A stretch of 64,000 nucleotides of DNA from Armatimonadota bacterium (lineage in GTDB: Bacteria; Sysuimicrobiota; Sysuimicrobiia; Sysuimicrobiales; Humicultoraceae): positions 3,166 through 67,165 of the forward strand of contig JBBIOB010000008.1 in NCBI GenBank assembly GCA_037443565.1. The letters are read 5' to 3'. Every line of letters starts with the position of its first letter. Within the stretch, counting starts at the first letter, position 1. The notes under the pieces are model-generated. The model searched no databases. It saw nothing but the letters and a program-made list of their open reading frames with translations, and was not told where the DNA came from. The position numbers and the translations under genes were made by a program. Below, one piece after another: positions 25,925 through 35,177 of this stretch.

Positions 25925-28345
25925 TCAGCCGACCGACCCCTCCATCTCGAGCGCGATCAGCCGGTTCAGCTCGACGGCGTACTCCAGCGGCAGCTCCTTG
26001 ACGATGGGCTCGATGAACCCGCGCACGATCATGTTCATGGCCTCGTCGCCCTTGACCCCGCGGCTCATCAGGTAGAAGAGCTGCTCGTCGCTGACCTTCG
26101 AGACGGTGGCCTCATGGGTGATCGACACATCCTGCTCTTCGATCTCCATGTACGGGTACGTATCCGACCGGCTGTGATCGTCGAGGATCAGCGCGTCGCA
26201 GCGCACCGCGCACTTGCTCCCCACGGCCCCAGGGTAGATCTTGACGAGCCCGCGGTAACCGGCGCGGCCGCCGTCTTTGCTGATGGACTTGCTCACGACG
26301 CTCGACTGGGTGTGCGGCGCGGCGTGCACGACCTTGCCGCCGGGATCCTGGTGCTGGCCCTTGCCGGCGAACGCCACCGACAGGATCTCGGCCTTGGCGC
26401 CCGGCTCGACCATGTAGACGCTCGGGTACTTCATGGTGATCTTGCTGTTGTGGACCACGAATCCGTTCGCCACGAAGTTGTGGCTGTTGGCGATCTCCAA
26501 GTCCCAGGTGTCTTCCACACCTTCAGGCTCGACGGTGGCGACCTTCGTGAAATGTACTGGATGATCGTGTGCGCCTTCCCCGAAGTACAGGAAGTAGTGC
26601 GTGTACTGCTTCGCCTCGCGGGAAAGGGGCTTTCGCTCCAGCCGAGACCACCGGCTGATCTTCCTGGGATCCAACCCGCAGGAGATCGCCAGGGCCTTCA
26701 CGTCCTCAAGAAGGTCCCGGTTGACGCTCGTGATCGACAGGTTGGTATGGTTGGCGCGGCGATGCCCGTCGGCCGCGATGTACCCCTCGATGAACGCCAG
26801 GCGCTGCGACTTCGGGAGCCGGTACACCCACCGGGGAACCCGCTTCTGCCTGGCGTTGCCCGCAAGCCCCAGCGACGTGATGAAGTCGCGGAGATGGACA
26901 GAGTTGATGCGGACGACGCCGCCCCGCAATTCGACGTCTACGCCGAACAGCGCCTCCAGGAGCTCGACCAGTCGGGTGTGCATCCGGTCCGGCGGGGGGA
27001 CCGCGAAGTAGACCCGGTTGCGGTCCACATAGCCGTCGCCGAGATAGACGCCGAGCACCCACATCAGATCGTCGGTGCTGACATCAGGAAGCAGGATCCG
27101 CTTTGTCCCGCGGATGGGAATCGGCTCGAAGACCCTGGCCACGCCGCTGTCCGGCACATCGCCGGCGATCGCGACGTAGTCAGTAGATGTCAACTGATCC
27201 AGCCGCTTCCATCCCAGGGAGAGCCGCCGGCCGCGCTTGGACAGCGTCAGGAACGGGTGGCTTGCAGTGGCGCGGATCTCACGGTGGTTGGCGGCCCGCA
27301 GACGGTACACCGGCTGCCTGCCGCTGTACTTCTTGGCCACGACCTTGTGCCTGGTCAGCTTCAGCTCGCCATCCACGGAGTAAACGGTATCGCCCGGCTC
27401 GACGACACTGATGGGCTTGACGTCGTTGTTGAGCAGAACCTGGCTGTCGCCCGTCAGGCACCCCAGGTTTCCGTCGACCCACTCCATCGTGGCGTCGCGA
27501 TACGCGACCGCGCGCTTCGTCACCAGGTTGTACGTATTGGTGGACCAGTTCTGGATCGTGGTGTAGCGGCATCGGGCGCCTTCCTTCACGATGATCTCGA
27601 CCACCGCCGAGTGCAGCGAGTCGGTGGTGTAGATCGGCGCCGTGCACCCCTCGACGTAGTGCACGTAGGAGCCCGGCTCGCAGATGATGAGCGTGCGCTC
27701 GAACTGGCCGGCCTTCTCGGCGTTGATCCGGAAGTAGGCCTGGAGCGGGATGTCGACCTTCACGCCCTCGGGCACGTAGACGAACGACCCGCCCGACCAC
27801 ACGGCCGTGTTCAGGGCGGCCAGCTTGTTATCCTCGGGCGGCACCACCGTCCCGAAGTACTGCTGGAAGATCTCCGGGTGCTTCTTGAGGGCGGTGTCGG
27901 TGTCGAGGAAGACGACCCCGAGCTTCTCCCACTCTTCCTTCAGGTTGTGGTAGACCGACTCGCTCTCATACTGCGCCCCCACGCCGGCCAGGTACTTCTT
28001 CTCGGCTTCGGGGATGCCCAGCCGGTCGAACGTTCGCTTGATGTCCTCCGGCACATCCTCCCACGTGCGGCCCTTCCCCTCGGTCGGCTTCAGGTAGTAG
28101 TAGATGTCGTTGAAGTCGATCTGCGAGAGGTCGGCGCCCCAGGTGGGCAGGGCCCGCGCCCGGAAGTGCTCGAGGGAGTGCAGCCGGATCGCGCGCATCC
28201 AGTCCGGCTCGCTCTTCATGTGCGAGATCTCCTCGACGACCTCGCGGTCGAGCCCTTTGCGCGCCTTGAACACGTAGTTCTCGGGGTCGCGAAATCCCCA
28301 CTTGTAAGTGTCGAGATCGATGCCCAGCGGATTTGTCGTCGCCAT
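25925..28345 (-). CDS. sufB: Fe-S cluster assembly protein SufB, interrupted by an in-frame intein (806-aa precursor, about 468-aa extein)
   Basis: The N-extein ends ...YRDATMEWVDGNLG and the C-extein resumes SKITMKYPSVYM... The tail ...DEQLFYLMSRGV...IVRGFIEPIVKELPLEYAVELNRLI is typical of SufB. Confidence 0.95.
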   Translation of the reverse strand: MATTNPLGIDLDTYKWGFRDPENYVFKARKGLDREVVEEISHMKSEPDWMRAIRLHSLEHFRARALPTWGADLSQIDFNDIYYYLKPTEGKGRTWEDVPEDIKRTFDRLGIPEAEKKYLAGVGAQYESESVYHNLKEEWEKLGVVFLDTDTALKKHPEIFQQYFGTVVPPEDNKLAALNTAVWSGGSFVYVPEGVKVDIPLQAYFRINAEKAGQFERTLIICEPGSYVHYVEGCTAPIYTTDSLHSAVVEIIVKEGARCRYTTIQNWSTNTYNLVTKRAVAYRDATMEWVDGNLGCLTGDSQVLLNNDVKPISVVEPGDTVYSVDGELKLTRHKVVAKKYSGRQPVYRLRAANHREIRATASHPFLTLSKRGRRLSLGWKRLDQLTSTDYVAIAGDVPDSGVARVFEPIPIRGTKRILLPDVSTDDLMWVLGVYLGDGYVDRNRVYFAVPPPDRMHTRLVELLEALFGVDVELRGGVVRINSVHLRDFITSLGLAGNARQKRVPRWVYRLPKSQRLAFIEGYIAADGHRRANHTNLSITSVNRDLLEDVKALAISCGLDPRKISRWSRLERKPLSREAKQYTHYFLYFGEGAHDHPVHFTKVATVEPEGVEDTWDLEIANSHNFVANGFVVHNSKITMKYPSVYMVEPGAKAEILSVAFAGKGQHQDPGGKVVHAAPHTQSSVVSKSISKDGGRAGYRGLVKIYPGAVGSKCAVRCDALILDDHSRSDTYPYMEIEEQDVSITHEATVSKVSDEQLFYLMSRGVKGDEAMNMIVRGFIEPIVKELPLEYAVELNRLIALEMEGSVG
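26447..27460 (-). mobile_element. Full-size class-1 intein with a LAGLIDADG homing-endonuclease domain (338 aa) inside sufB
   Basis: Begins CLTGDSQVLL (Cys1, TGC at 27460-27458). Block B is ATASHPFL (TxxH). LAGLIDADG motifs are LMWVLGVYLGDGYV and LAFIEGYIAADGH. It ends NFVANGFVVHN (AAC at 26449-26447), followed by Ser at +1. Confidence 0.9.
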
Positions 28346-28360
28346 CGATGGCCCCCCTGC

Positions 28361-29191
28361 CTAGTGCGCGACCCAGAAGACCTTGCCGGCACGGCGGACC
28401 GCGCCCTCTTCCTGGACCTCGGCCGCGATGACCTCGAACTGCTGCCGGATGCCCTCGTAGCCGCGCTCCTCGAGTTCCTCGGCCAGTTCCGGTCCGCCCG
28501 AGACCACGATCCGCCCGTCGTACATGATGTGGACGTGGTGGGGCTTGATGAACTGGAGGATCCGCGAGTAGTGCGTGATGACCAGGACGCCCATCTGGCC
28601 CTTCGCGCCTTCGTACATCCGCACGATGCCGTCGGCGACGACCTTCAGCGAATCGATGTCGAGGCCCGAGTCGGTCTCATCCATGAACGCGATCGTGGGC
28701 TCCAGGAGCGCCATCTGGAGAATCTCGGCCCGCTTCTTTTCTCCACCCGAGAAGCCTTCGTTGACGTAGCGGCCGACGATCGTGGGGTCGATCTTCAAGC
28801 TGTCGATCTTCTCGCGCATCAGCTTCTGGAACTCGCCGACGGGCATCAGCTCGTGCTCGTACCCGCGGCGCATGGAGACCGCGGTGCGCAGGAAGCTCGC
28901 CATGGTCACGCCCGGGATGCTGACCGGGTACTGGAAGGCGATGAAGAGCCCTTTGCGCGCGCGCTCGTCCGGCGGCATGGCCAGCAGATCTTCCCCCTGG
29001 TAGAGCACGTCCCCCTGGGTCACCTGATAGAAGGGGTTGCCCATGAGCACGTTGGCCAGCGTGCTCTTGCCCGAGCCGTTCGGGCCCATGACGGCGTGGA
29101 TCTCGCCTCGGGACAGCTCGAGGTTGACCCCCTTCAGGATCACCTTTTCCTCGACCTGGACGTGCAGGTCGCGAATCACCAGATCTGCCAT
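28361..29191 (-). CDS. sufC: Fe-S cluster assembly ATPase SufC
   Basis: Trimmed to the ATG at 29191 (GGTAGGAGGGACGGG upstream). GPNGSGKST Walker A, FSGGEKKR signature, IAFMDETDSGLD Walker B. Confidence 0.95.
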   Translation of the reverse strand: MADLVIRDLHVQVEEKVILKGVNLELSRGEIHAVMGPNGSGKSTLANVLMGNPFYQVTQGDVLYQGEDLLAMPPDERARKGLFIAFQYPVSIPGVTMASFLRTAVSMRRGYEHELMPVGEFQKLMREKIDSLKIDPTIVGRYVNEGFSGGEKKRAEILQMALLEPTIAFMDETDSGLDIDSLKVVADGIVRMYEGAKGQMGVLVITHYSRILQFIKPHHVHIMYDGRIVVSGGPELAEELEERGYEGIRQQFEVIAAEVQEEGAVRRAGKVFWVAH

Positions 29192-29279
29192 CCCGTCCCT
29201 CCTACCGGCAAGCCTCGTGCACAGCCACTTCGCCGCGCCACGCGCCCGTGCCACAACGCGACGCCAGCGTCCGAAGTGT

Positions 29280-29308
29280 ATTCTAGAGTAATTAGGTCAA
29301 GAAAGCAA
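29280..29308 (-). promoter_or_regulatory. Sigma-70-like promoter for the suf operon: -35 TTGCTT, 17-nt spacer, -10 TAGAAT
   Basis: The minus strand reads ccTTGCTTtcttgacctaattactcTAGAATacac. It sits in an AT-rich patch about 90 nt upstream of the sufC ATG and contains a TCTAGA palindrome. Confidence 0.5.
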
Positions 29309-29326
29309 GGCGCGCGTCCCGCCCGG

Positions 29327-30355
29327 TCATCCGGCCCGCAGCGGCGCGGACCGGATCTGGCGTTCAAGCGCCTGACGCGAGGCCGCCGGCAGGAATGCGG
29401 CGCGCGCCGCGGTCGCCATCAGCGTGATCAGGTCGTCACATTCCAGGTGATGGACCCGCTGCACGGACGCCAGTTCCCGTGTGATGGACGTCCCGAGCAG
29501 GATCGGGTCATCGCTGTTGACCGTCACCGCGACCCCGCAGTCGAGGAACCTCCGAATGGGATGCGCGGCGATCGTCGGGATCAGGCCCAGGCGGACGTTG
29601 CTGGTGGGACAGAGCTCGAGGGTCACCCCGCGGTCCCGGAGGCGCTCAAGCAGTCGGGGATCCTCGACCGCGCGAATGCCATGGCCGATGCGGGTCGCGC
29701 CGAGATGGTAGACGGCGGTCCAGATCCCGGCCGGCCCGGTGAACTCGCCGGCGTGGACGGTAATCCCCAGCCCCGCGTCGCGCGCGCGGTCGACCGCGGC
29801 CGCGAACAGCGCCGGCGGGTAGTTCGCCTCGTCACCGGCGAGGTCCACCCCGACCACACCGCAGTCCCGACAGGCGATGGCGTCGCGGATCAGCCGGTCG
29901 GCCTCCTCCGGTCCGCGCTCGCGCACCACCGTCACGATGAATCCGTAGGAGAGCTTCGGGATGGCGGCGGCCGCTGCGCCTTCCGCCATCGCCTCAAACA
30001 CGCCGCGCACCCCCAGGACCGTGAACGCGCGCCGCCCGCCCACCCGGATCTCGACGTGCCTGACTGATTGCGTCGCGACCTCCGCCAGCAAGCCAGCGGT
30101 GATCGCTGCGATGTTCGCCCGCGTGTAGGCGGCATCGGCGATCCGTCCCGCCCGACCCGCATAGCGCAGCCGGCGCAGGCGATCGTACCCTGCGAACAGG
30201 GACGGATCAGCAACCAGGTGGGGTCTTTCCACCGGGACCGGATCCCCGTCGCGACGCTCGATCAGACGGCGCAGGCGCAGCGAGGTCTCCAGATGGAGAT
30301 GCAGTTCCGCTTTGGGAAGATTCGCGATGTCCGGGGACGTTGACTGTTCGACCAC
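29327..30355 (-). CDS. add: Adenosine/adenine deaminase-family metallohydrolase
   Basis: LPKAELHLHLE (HxH metal site), ITVHAGEF, VNSDDP motifs. Start chosen at the in-frame GTG at 30355 (GGAG lies 6 nt upstream). The track ORF extends to 30517, which would invade the pdhA promoter. Confidence 0.8.
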   Translation of the reverse strand: MVEQSTSPDIANLPKAELHLHLETSLRLRRLIERRDGDPVPVERPHLVADPSLFAGYDRLRRLRYAGRAGRIADAAYTRANIAAITAGLLAEVATQSVRHVEIRVGGRRAFTVLGVRGVFEAMAEGAAAAAIPKLSYGFIVTVVRERGPEEADRLIRDAIACRDCGVVGVDLAGDEANYPPALFAAAVDRARDAGLGITVHAGEFTGPAGIWTAVYHLGATRIGHGIRAVEDPRLLERLRDRGVTLELCPTSNVRLGLIPTIAAHPIRRFLDCGVAVTVNSDDPILLGTSITRELASVQRVHHLECDDLITLMATAARAAFLPAASRQALERQIRSAPLRAG

Positions 30356-30376
30356 GATCGACTCCGCTGTGTCGCC

Positions 30377-30406
30377 ATTATAGCCGGAGGATGCGCCTGC
30401 GGGCAA
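30377..30406 (-). promoter_or_regulatory. Candidate promoter for the deaminase gene: -35 TTGCCC, 18-nt spacer, -10 TATAAT
   Basis: The minus strand shows a perfect TATAAT at 30382-30377, 21 nt upstream of the proposed GTG. Confidence 0.4.
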
Positions 30407-30460
30407 TCGAACGGGCCCGCGGGGGGCCGAGCTCCCGGCGGGGCCGGGGCGTATGGGATT

Positions 30461-30469
30461 TGCTATAGT
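30461..30469 (+). promoter_or_regulatory. Extended -10 element TGCTATAGT upstream of pdhA
   Basis: Read directly, 51 nt upstream of the pdhA ATG. There is no good -35. Confidence 0.35.
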
Positions 30470-30519
30470 AGATGGGAATGCCGACGCCCGGTCGAACGCG
30501 CAGAGGAGTGACCGCACGC

Positions 30520-31575
30520 ATGGCTGATCGCGCTACCCGTACGAGCAGCAATGAAGGCGTCGCCGCCGGGTCAGTGGCCACGACCGATCGCACCGGGATC
30601 GACCTGACCGACGCCGTGGCCTGGTACCGCCAGATGGTGATCGGCCGACGGTTCGAGGAGGAGACCGAACGGGCATTCCGGCGGGGGAAGATCGGCGGCT
30701 ACCTCCATGTGTACTCGGGCCAGGAAGCGGTCGCCGCAGGCTTCCTGGCCGAGCTTCGCGCCGACGACATCTTCTTCACCGCGTACCGCGACCACGCGCA
30801 CGCGCTCTTTCGCGGGTCGCCGCCGGGCGCGGTCATGGCCGAGTTGCTCGGCAAGGCGACCGGCGTGGCCCGCGGCAAAGGTGGGTCGATGCACCTGTTC
30901 GATGTGTCGCGCGGGTTCTACGGCGGTTACGGCATCGTCGGCGGTCACATCCCGCTGGCGGTCGGGGCCGCGTACGCGCTGCGCTATAAGGGCGGCGATC
31001 AAGTGTGCCTGTGCTTTCTGGGCGACGGCGCGATGAACAGCGGGGGGTTCCATGAGCCGATGAACATGGCCGGGCTGTGGGGCCGGGAAGGCCTGTGCCC
31101 GCTGGTCGTCATCGTCGAGAACAACCAGTTTGCCATGGGGACGCCGGTGTCGCAGTCGTCCGCCGTGCCCAATTTGGCCGCGCGGTTCTCGGCCTACGAC
31201 ATCCCGGCCGAGCGTGTTGACGGGATGGACTTCCTCGCGGTGCGCGACGTCGCCCGCCGCGTGATCACCCAGGTCCGGGCGGGCGGACGGCCACAAGCCG
31301 TCGAGGCGCTGACCTATCGGTTCGCCGGACACGGCGCCGCCGACGTCTTTCAGCCCTACCGCACGAAGGACGAAGTGGAGACCGCGCGTGCCCGGGACCC
31401 GTTGGCGATCTTGGAGGCGCGTCTGCGCGAGGCCGGCCTGCTCGACGACGCCCGGGTGGCCTCGATCGGCGAAGAGGCCGACGAGATGGCACGGGAGGCA
31501 ATGCGCTTCGCCGAGGAGAGCCCCCCGCCCCCTCCGGAAGACCTGTACAAGGACGTGTACGGGAACGGAGCCTAG
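30520..31575 (+). CDS. pdhA: Pyruvate/acetoin-type 2-oxoacid dehydrogenase E1 alpha subunit
   Basis: Trimmed to the ATG at 30520 (AGAGGAG upstream). ...GGYLHVYSGQEAVAAG..., GDGAMNSGGFHEPMNMAGLW ThDP motif. Confidence 0.88.
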   Translation: MADRATRTSSNEGVAAGSVATTDRTGIDLTDAVAWYRQMVIGRRFEEETERAFRRGKIGGYLHVYSGQEAVAAGFLAELRADDIFFTAYRDHAHALFRGSPPGAVMAELLGKATGVARGKGGSMHLFDVSRGFYGGYGIVGGHIPLAVGAAYALRYKGGDQVCLCFLGDGAMNSGGFHEPMNMAGLWGREGLCPLVVIVENNQFAMGTPVSQSSAVPNLAARFSAYDIPAERVDGMDFLAVRDVARRVITQVRAGGRPQAVEALTYRFAGHGAADVFQPYRTKDEVETARARDPLAILEARLREAGLLDDARVASIGEEADEMAREAMRFAEESPPPPPEDLYKDVYGNGA

Positions 31576-31578
31576 CCG

Positions 31579-32589
31579 ATGCCTGAGCTCTCATATCGCG
31601 ACGCGATTCGCTCCACGCTCATCGAAGAGATGGACCGGGATCCGGCTGTGGTCTTGCTGGGCGAAGACATCGGCCAGTACCAGGGGACCTTCCGCATCAC
31701 CGCCGACCTGCTGAACCGGTACGGCTCCAGACGGGTCATCGACACGCCGATCTCTGAGCTGGGGTTCGTCGGCGCGGCGATCGGGATGGCGATGCTGGGC
31801 CTGAGGCCCGTGGTCGAGATGATGACGTGGAACTTCTCCCTGCTGGCCTACGACCAGATCGTGAACAACGCCGCCAAGATACGGTACTTCTCGGGGGGAC
31901 AGGTGAACGTCCCGCTGGTCATTCGCGGACCAAACGGCGCCGGGGTGCAGCTCTCGGCGCAGCACTCGCAGAGCCTCGAGGCCATCTATGCGCATGTCCC
32001 GGGGCTCGTCGTCGCGATGCCGGCCACGCCCACCGAAGCCAAGGGGCTGCTGCGGACGGCCCTGCGGGGGAACGATCCCGTGATCTACATGGAGCACGCG
32101 GCGCTCTACAGCCTGAAGGAAGAGGTCCCCGACGGCGAGTTCATGATGCCGTTCGGCGTCGCCGAGATCGCGCGGCCCGGCCGCGATGTTACGATCGTCG
32201 CCTACAGCCGGATGCTGCACATCGCGCTGGAAGCCGCTGAGATCCTCGCCGAGGACGGCATCGAGGCGGAGGTCCTGAACCCGCGCACGCTGCGTCCGCT
32301 CGACCGCCAGACGCTGGTCGCGTCGGTCGGCCGCACGCACCGGGCCGTGGTCGTGCAGGAGCAGTGGCGCCCGTTCGGCACGGCCGCCGAACTCGCCGCG
32401 GCGATCACCGAGGGCGCGTTCGACCTGCTCGACGCTCCCGTGGAGCGCGTGACCGGCGCGGACGTGCCCATGCCGTATGCAAGAAACCTGGAACTGCTGG
32501 CCCTGCCGCACGCCGAGGACATCGTCCGCGCGGCCCGGCGCACGCTCTATCGCGAGACGGCGGAGACGGGAGGGCGCGCCGATGGGTGA
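31579..32589 (+). CDS. pdhB: Pyruvate/acetoin-type 2-oxoacid dehydrogenase E1 beta subunit
   Basis: 336 aa. ...VIDTPISELGFVGAAIGMAMLGLRPVVEMMTWNF... Confidence 0.9.
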   Translation: MPELSYRDAIRSTLIEEMDRDPAVVLLGEDIGQYQGTFRITADLLNRYGSRRVIDTPISELGFVGAAIGMAMLGLRPVVEMMTWNFSLLAYDQIVNNAAKIRYFSGGQVNVPLVIRGPNGAGVQLSAQHSQSLEAIYAHVPGLVVAMPATPTEAKGLLRTALRGNDPVIYMEHAALYSLKEEVPDGEFMMPFGVAEIARPGRDVTIVAYSRMLHIALEAAEILAEDGIEAEVLNPRTLRPLDRQTLVASVGRTHRAVVVQEQWRPFGTAAELAAAITEGAFDLLDAPVERVTGADVPMPYARNLELLALPHAEDIVRAARRTLYRETAETGGRADG

Positions 32590-33859
32590 CGTCATCATGC
32601 CCAAGATGGGCGACGCCATGACCGAGGGCCGCGTGCTCCGGTGGATCAAGCAGCCCGGAGAGACGATCAAGAAGGGCGAGCCCCTTGCGGAGATCGAGAC
32701 CGACAAGGTCAACGTGGACCTGGAGTCCGAGGAGGACGGCACGCTGGTCGAGATTCTGATCCCGGAGGGCGAGGCTGCGGCGGTGGGTGTGCCCATTGCG
32801 CGGCTTGCTAGGCCGGGAGAAGGCGAGGCCGGGAGACCAACCGGGGGGGAGACACGGCCCGCGGCGACCGCGGACCAGGCAACCGCCGACCGGGCGGCGG
32901 CCGCAAAGCCCCCGCGCGTGAAGCCCGCACCCGCCACCGACGCGGGGGCTGCGGAGCCCGTCCGGGCCTCGCCGCTGGCGCGCCGCCTGGCGGAGCAGTA
33001 CGGGATTCCCCTCTCCTCGATTGCGGGCACTGGGCCGGACGGCCGGATCACCAAAGAAGACGTCGAGGCCGCGCGGGCCGGACGGCGTCAGGCGCCGGCG
33101 GAACAGGCCCCCCGACCTGCCGCGGCGACACCGCCGCCTGCTCCCGCCGCCGGAGACGTGCCGCTCTCGCGCATGCGTCAGACCATCGCGAGGCGCATGA
33201 CCGACAGCAAACAGCACGCACCGCACATCTACCTGACCGTATCGATCGACATGGACCCAGCGCTGGCCCTGCGAAGGCAACTCAACGACGGGGCTCCCGA
33301 CGATGCGAAGATCTCGGTCAACGACATGGTCGTCCGGGCCGCGGCGCTGGCGCTGCGAAAGGTTCCGGCGCTGAACGCAACGTTCACCGGTGAGGCGGTC
33401 CGGCACAACGCGGACGTCAACATCAGCATCGCGATCGCGCTGCCCGACGGTCTGATCGCGCCCACCGTGTACCACTGCGACCGCAAGAGTCTGTGGGAGA
33501 TCGCGGTCGACGCCAGAGCCTTGGCCGAACGTGCCCGCGCCGGGCGGCTGCGCGCCGAGGACCTGATCGGCGGGACCTTCACCATCAGCAACCTGGGGAT
33601 GTTCGGCGTCGAGGTGTTCTCCGCGATCATCAACCCGCCGCAGGCGGCGATCCTGGCCATCGGGGCGGCCAGGCCGCAGCCGGTCGTGCGCGACGGGCAG
33701 ATCGTGGCGGCGACGATCATGCAGGTGACATGCTCTGCCGACCACCGCGTGACCGACGGCGCCGAGGTGGCGAACTACCTGGCCGAACTGAAGCGGCTGC
33801 TCGAGCACCCGGTCTGGCTGGTGACCAGTCCGCCCGCAGCAGGGCGCGCGGACGCCTGA
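32582..33859 (+). CDS. pdhC: Dihydrolipoamide acetyltransferase-type E2
   Basis: Trimmed to the ATG at 32582 (8-nt overlap with pdhB). MGDVIMPKMGDAMTEGRVLRW...EIETDKVNVDLES lipoyl domain, SPLARRLAEQYG binding domain, ...SADHRVTDGA catalytic motif. Confidence 0.9.
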   Translation: MGDVIMPKMGDAMTEGRVLRWIKQPGETIKKGEPLAEIETDKVNVDLESEEDGTLVEILIPEGEAAAVGVPIARLARPGEGEAGRPTGGETRPAATADQATADRAAAAKPPRVKPAPATDAGAAEPVRASPLARRLAEQYGIPLSSIAGTGPDGRITKEDVEAARAGRRQAPAEQAPRPAAATPPPAPAAGDVPLSRMRQTIARRMTDSKQHAPHIYLTVSIDMDPALALRRQLNDGAPDDAKISVNDMVVRAAALALRKVPALNATFTGEAVRHNADVNISIAIALPDGLIAPTVYHCDRKSLWEIAVDARALAERARAGRLRAEDLIGGTFTISNLGMFGVEVFSAIINPPQAAILAIGAARPQPVVRDGQIVAATIMQVTCSADHRVTDGAEVANYLAELKRLLEHPVWLVTSPPAAGRADA

Positions 33860-33877
33860 CCCGCGCGCAGCCGCGGG
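33860..33877. terminator. Short GC hairpin (CCCGCG-N6-CGCGGG) between convergent genes
   Basis: Read directly. It starts immediately after the E2 stop and lies 7 nt from the Nfu stop. There is no U-tract. Confidence 0.3.
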
Positions 33878-33883
33878 GAGCCG

Positions 33884-34165
33884 CTACCCGCCGGCGAAAT
33901 GCTCTCGGATCGCCGCCTCGGCCGAGGCGGCGATGGCATCCCACCCCGCTCCGGGGTCGCGGGTCACGGTCACGAAGTCGTTCAGCGCGAACACCTGGAC
34001 GACGCCGGGAATGGCGAACAACTTCGCCGCGAGTGGATGCGCCGCAGCCTCCTCGGCCGATCGAAACGTCTGGCTCCGGCCCTCGGTGATCCGCTGGTTG
34101 ACCACGAACTTCAGCGCGTTGATGTTCGGCGTCGGCTGAATCTCAACGCGCACCTGCTCTGCCAC
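33884..34165 (-). CDS. Nfu/NifU N-terminal-domain (Nfu_N) Fe-S scaffold-like protein
   Basis: ...VEIQPTPNINALKFVVNQ... is typical of the Nfu_N domain. Start moved to the internal GTG at 34165 because GGGAGGAGG lies 5 nt upstream. The track ORF starts at the GTG at 34192. Confidence 0.7.
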   Translation of the reverse strand: MAEQVRVEIQPTPNINALKFVVNQRITEGRSQTFRSAEEAAAHPLAAKLFAIPGVVQVFALNDFVTVTRDPGAGWDAIAASAEAAIREHFAGG

Positions 34166-34221
34166 GACTTCCTCCTCCCTGCTCCTGGACACCCGCGACG
34201 ACGCCGCCCCGCCTCGAGGGG

Positions 34222-35124
34222 TCAGTGGACCTTCGCGTCGCCGCGCCCGCCCGGCATCTCACAGTACCAGGCCGCCAGCCGCGCGAACATGATGAAGTGC
34301 GGGAGCGCCCCGCGGATGCCCGTGACGATGCGATCCGCGGCCACCAGGCCGCTGGCCGACAGCAGCTGCCATCGGAGCTCGACCTGGGCCGCCAGCGAGA
34401 GCCCCAACTCCATTGGGATCAGCCCGGCGTCCGCGAGCGGCACGAACACCTGCCAGCGCCTCGGAGGTCGTTCCATCTCGAAGATATTCAGCATCGCTTT
34501 CGCGATGCCGGTGGCCGCGCCGGCCGCGTTGCTGAACCACCCGATGGCCTGGCCGAGGCGTTCGGGACTACGGCCGAGCGCCTCGGCGTCGCGGGCCGAC
34601 GCCTCCAGCACGGCCACCGACGCGAGCACGCGGCCCAGCCGCCAGCCGATGCGGATCGGGTCGAGGAACCTCGGCGGCTGTGGTAGGACGTATCCCGAGG
34701 TCCCGGCCACGGCCAGACCCAGCGAGCGGGCCTGGGTGATCGCCTCCCGCGCGTCGTCCAGCAGGCTGGCGCGCTCGGACTCGATGCGCTGGCGCGCCGC
34801 CTCGACAAAGGCGATCCGCGCCCGCGGCTGCACATCGACGAGCAGCGACCCGCCGGTGAGCACCTCGTGCACGACCGGCAGGATGTGCAGGTTCAGGGCG
34901 AACGGCATGAGGATGCCGGGTTCATCACCCAGTGGGTTGGCCTCCGAGATCCGCTCCAGGTACTCGCGGATCTCCTCTTCATCGGTCCCCTCGGGAAAGA
35001 CCAGGCCCACTTCGATGTCCGTGTCAGGATAGCTCGACCCTTCGCGGTAGCGGCCATAGAGGTAGACCGCGGCCAGCTCCGATGATCCCGCGAAGAACTC
35101 CTTGAGGACCTCGATGGCCCTCAT
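34222..35124 (-). CDS. Fused minimal nucleotidyltransferase (MNT/Pol-beta superfamily) plus HEPN/DUF86-like protein (300 aa)
   Basis: Trimmed to the ATG at 35124 (GGAGG upstream). The N-terminal LYGRYREGSSYPDTDIEVGLVF matches hG[GS]x9-13DhDh, with R in place of S. The C-terminal ...PLADAGLIPMELGLSLAAQVELRWQLLSAS... aligns by eye with the HepT ...L.e.giI..el...l..m.gfRNxLVH region, but His is replaced by Ser. Confidence 0.5.
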   Translation of the reverse strand: MRAIEVLKEFFAGSSELAAVYLYGRYREGSSYPDTDIEVGLVFPEGTDEEEIREYLERISEANPLGDEPGILMPFALNLHILPVVHEVLTGGSLLVDVQPRARIAFVEAARQRIESERASLLDDAREAITQARSLGLAVAGTSGYVLPQPPRFLDPIRIGWRLGRVLASVAVLEASARDAEALGRSPERLGQAIGWFSNAAGAATGIAKAMLNIFEMERPPRRWQVFVPLADAGLIPMELGLSLAAQVELRWQLLSASGLVAADRIVTGIRGALPHFIMFARLAAWYCEMPGGRGDAKVH

Positions 35125-35177
35125 CGGCTTGCCTCCAAGGGGAATGCCTGTGGCTCCGTGCCTGTCGGGCGGAGTGC

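Noticed and set aside
29286-29302. TTGACC as the -35 element of the suf promoter
   Set aside because: It lies only 9 nt from the TAGAAT -10 box. The TTGCTT hexamer 17 nt upstream fits sigma-70 spacing.
25901-30067. 1388-aa plus-strand ORF spanning the suf region
   Set aside because: It is antisense to sufD, sufB, sufC and the deaminase gene, all of which have strong family signatures. Its sequence is low-complexity and Arg/Gly/Pro/Asp-rich. This is a typical shadow ORF of GC-rich DNA, where stop codons are rare.
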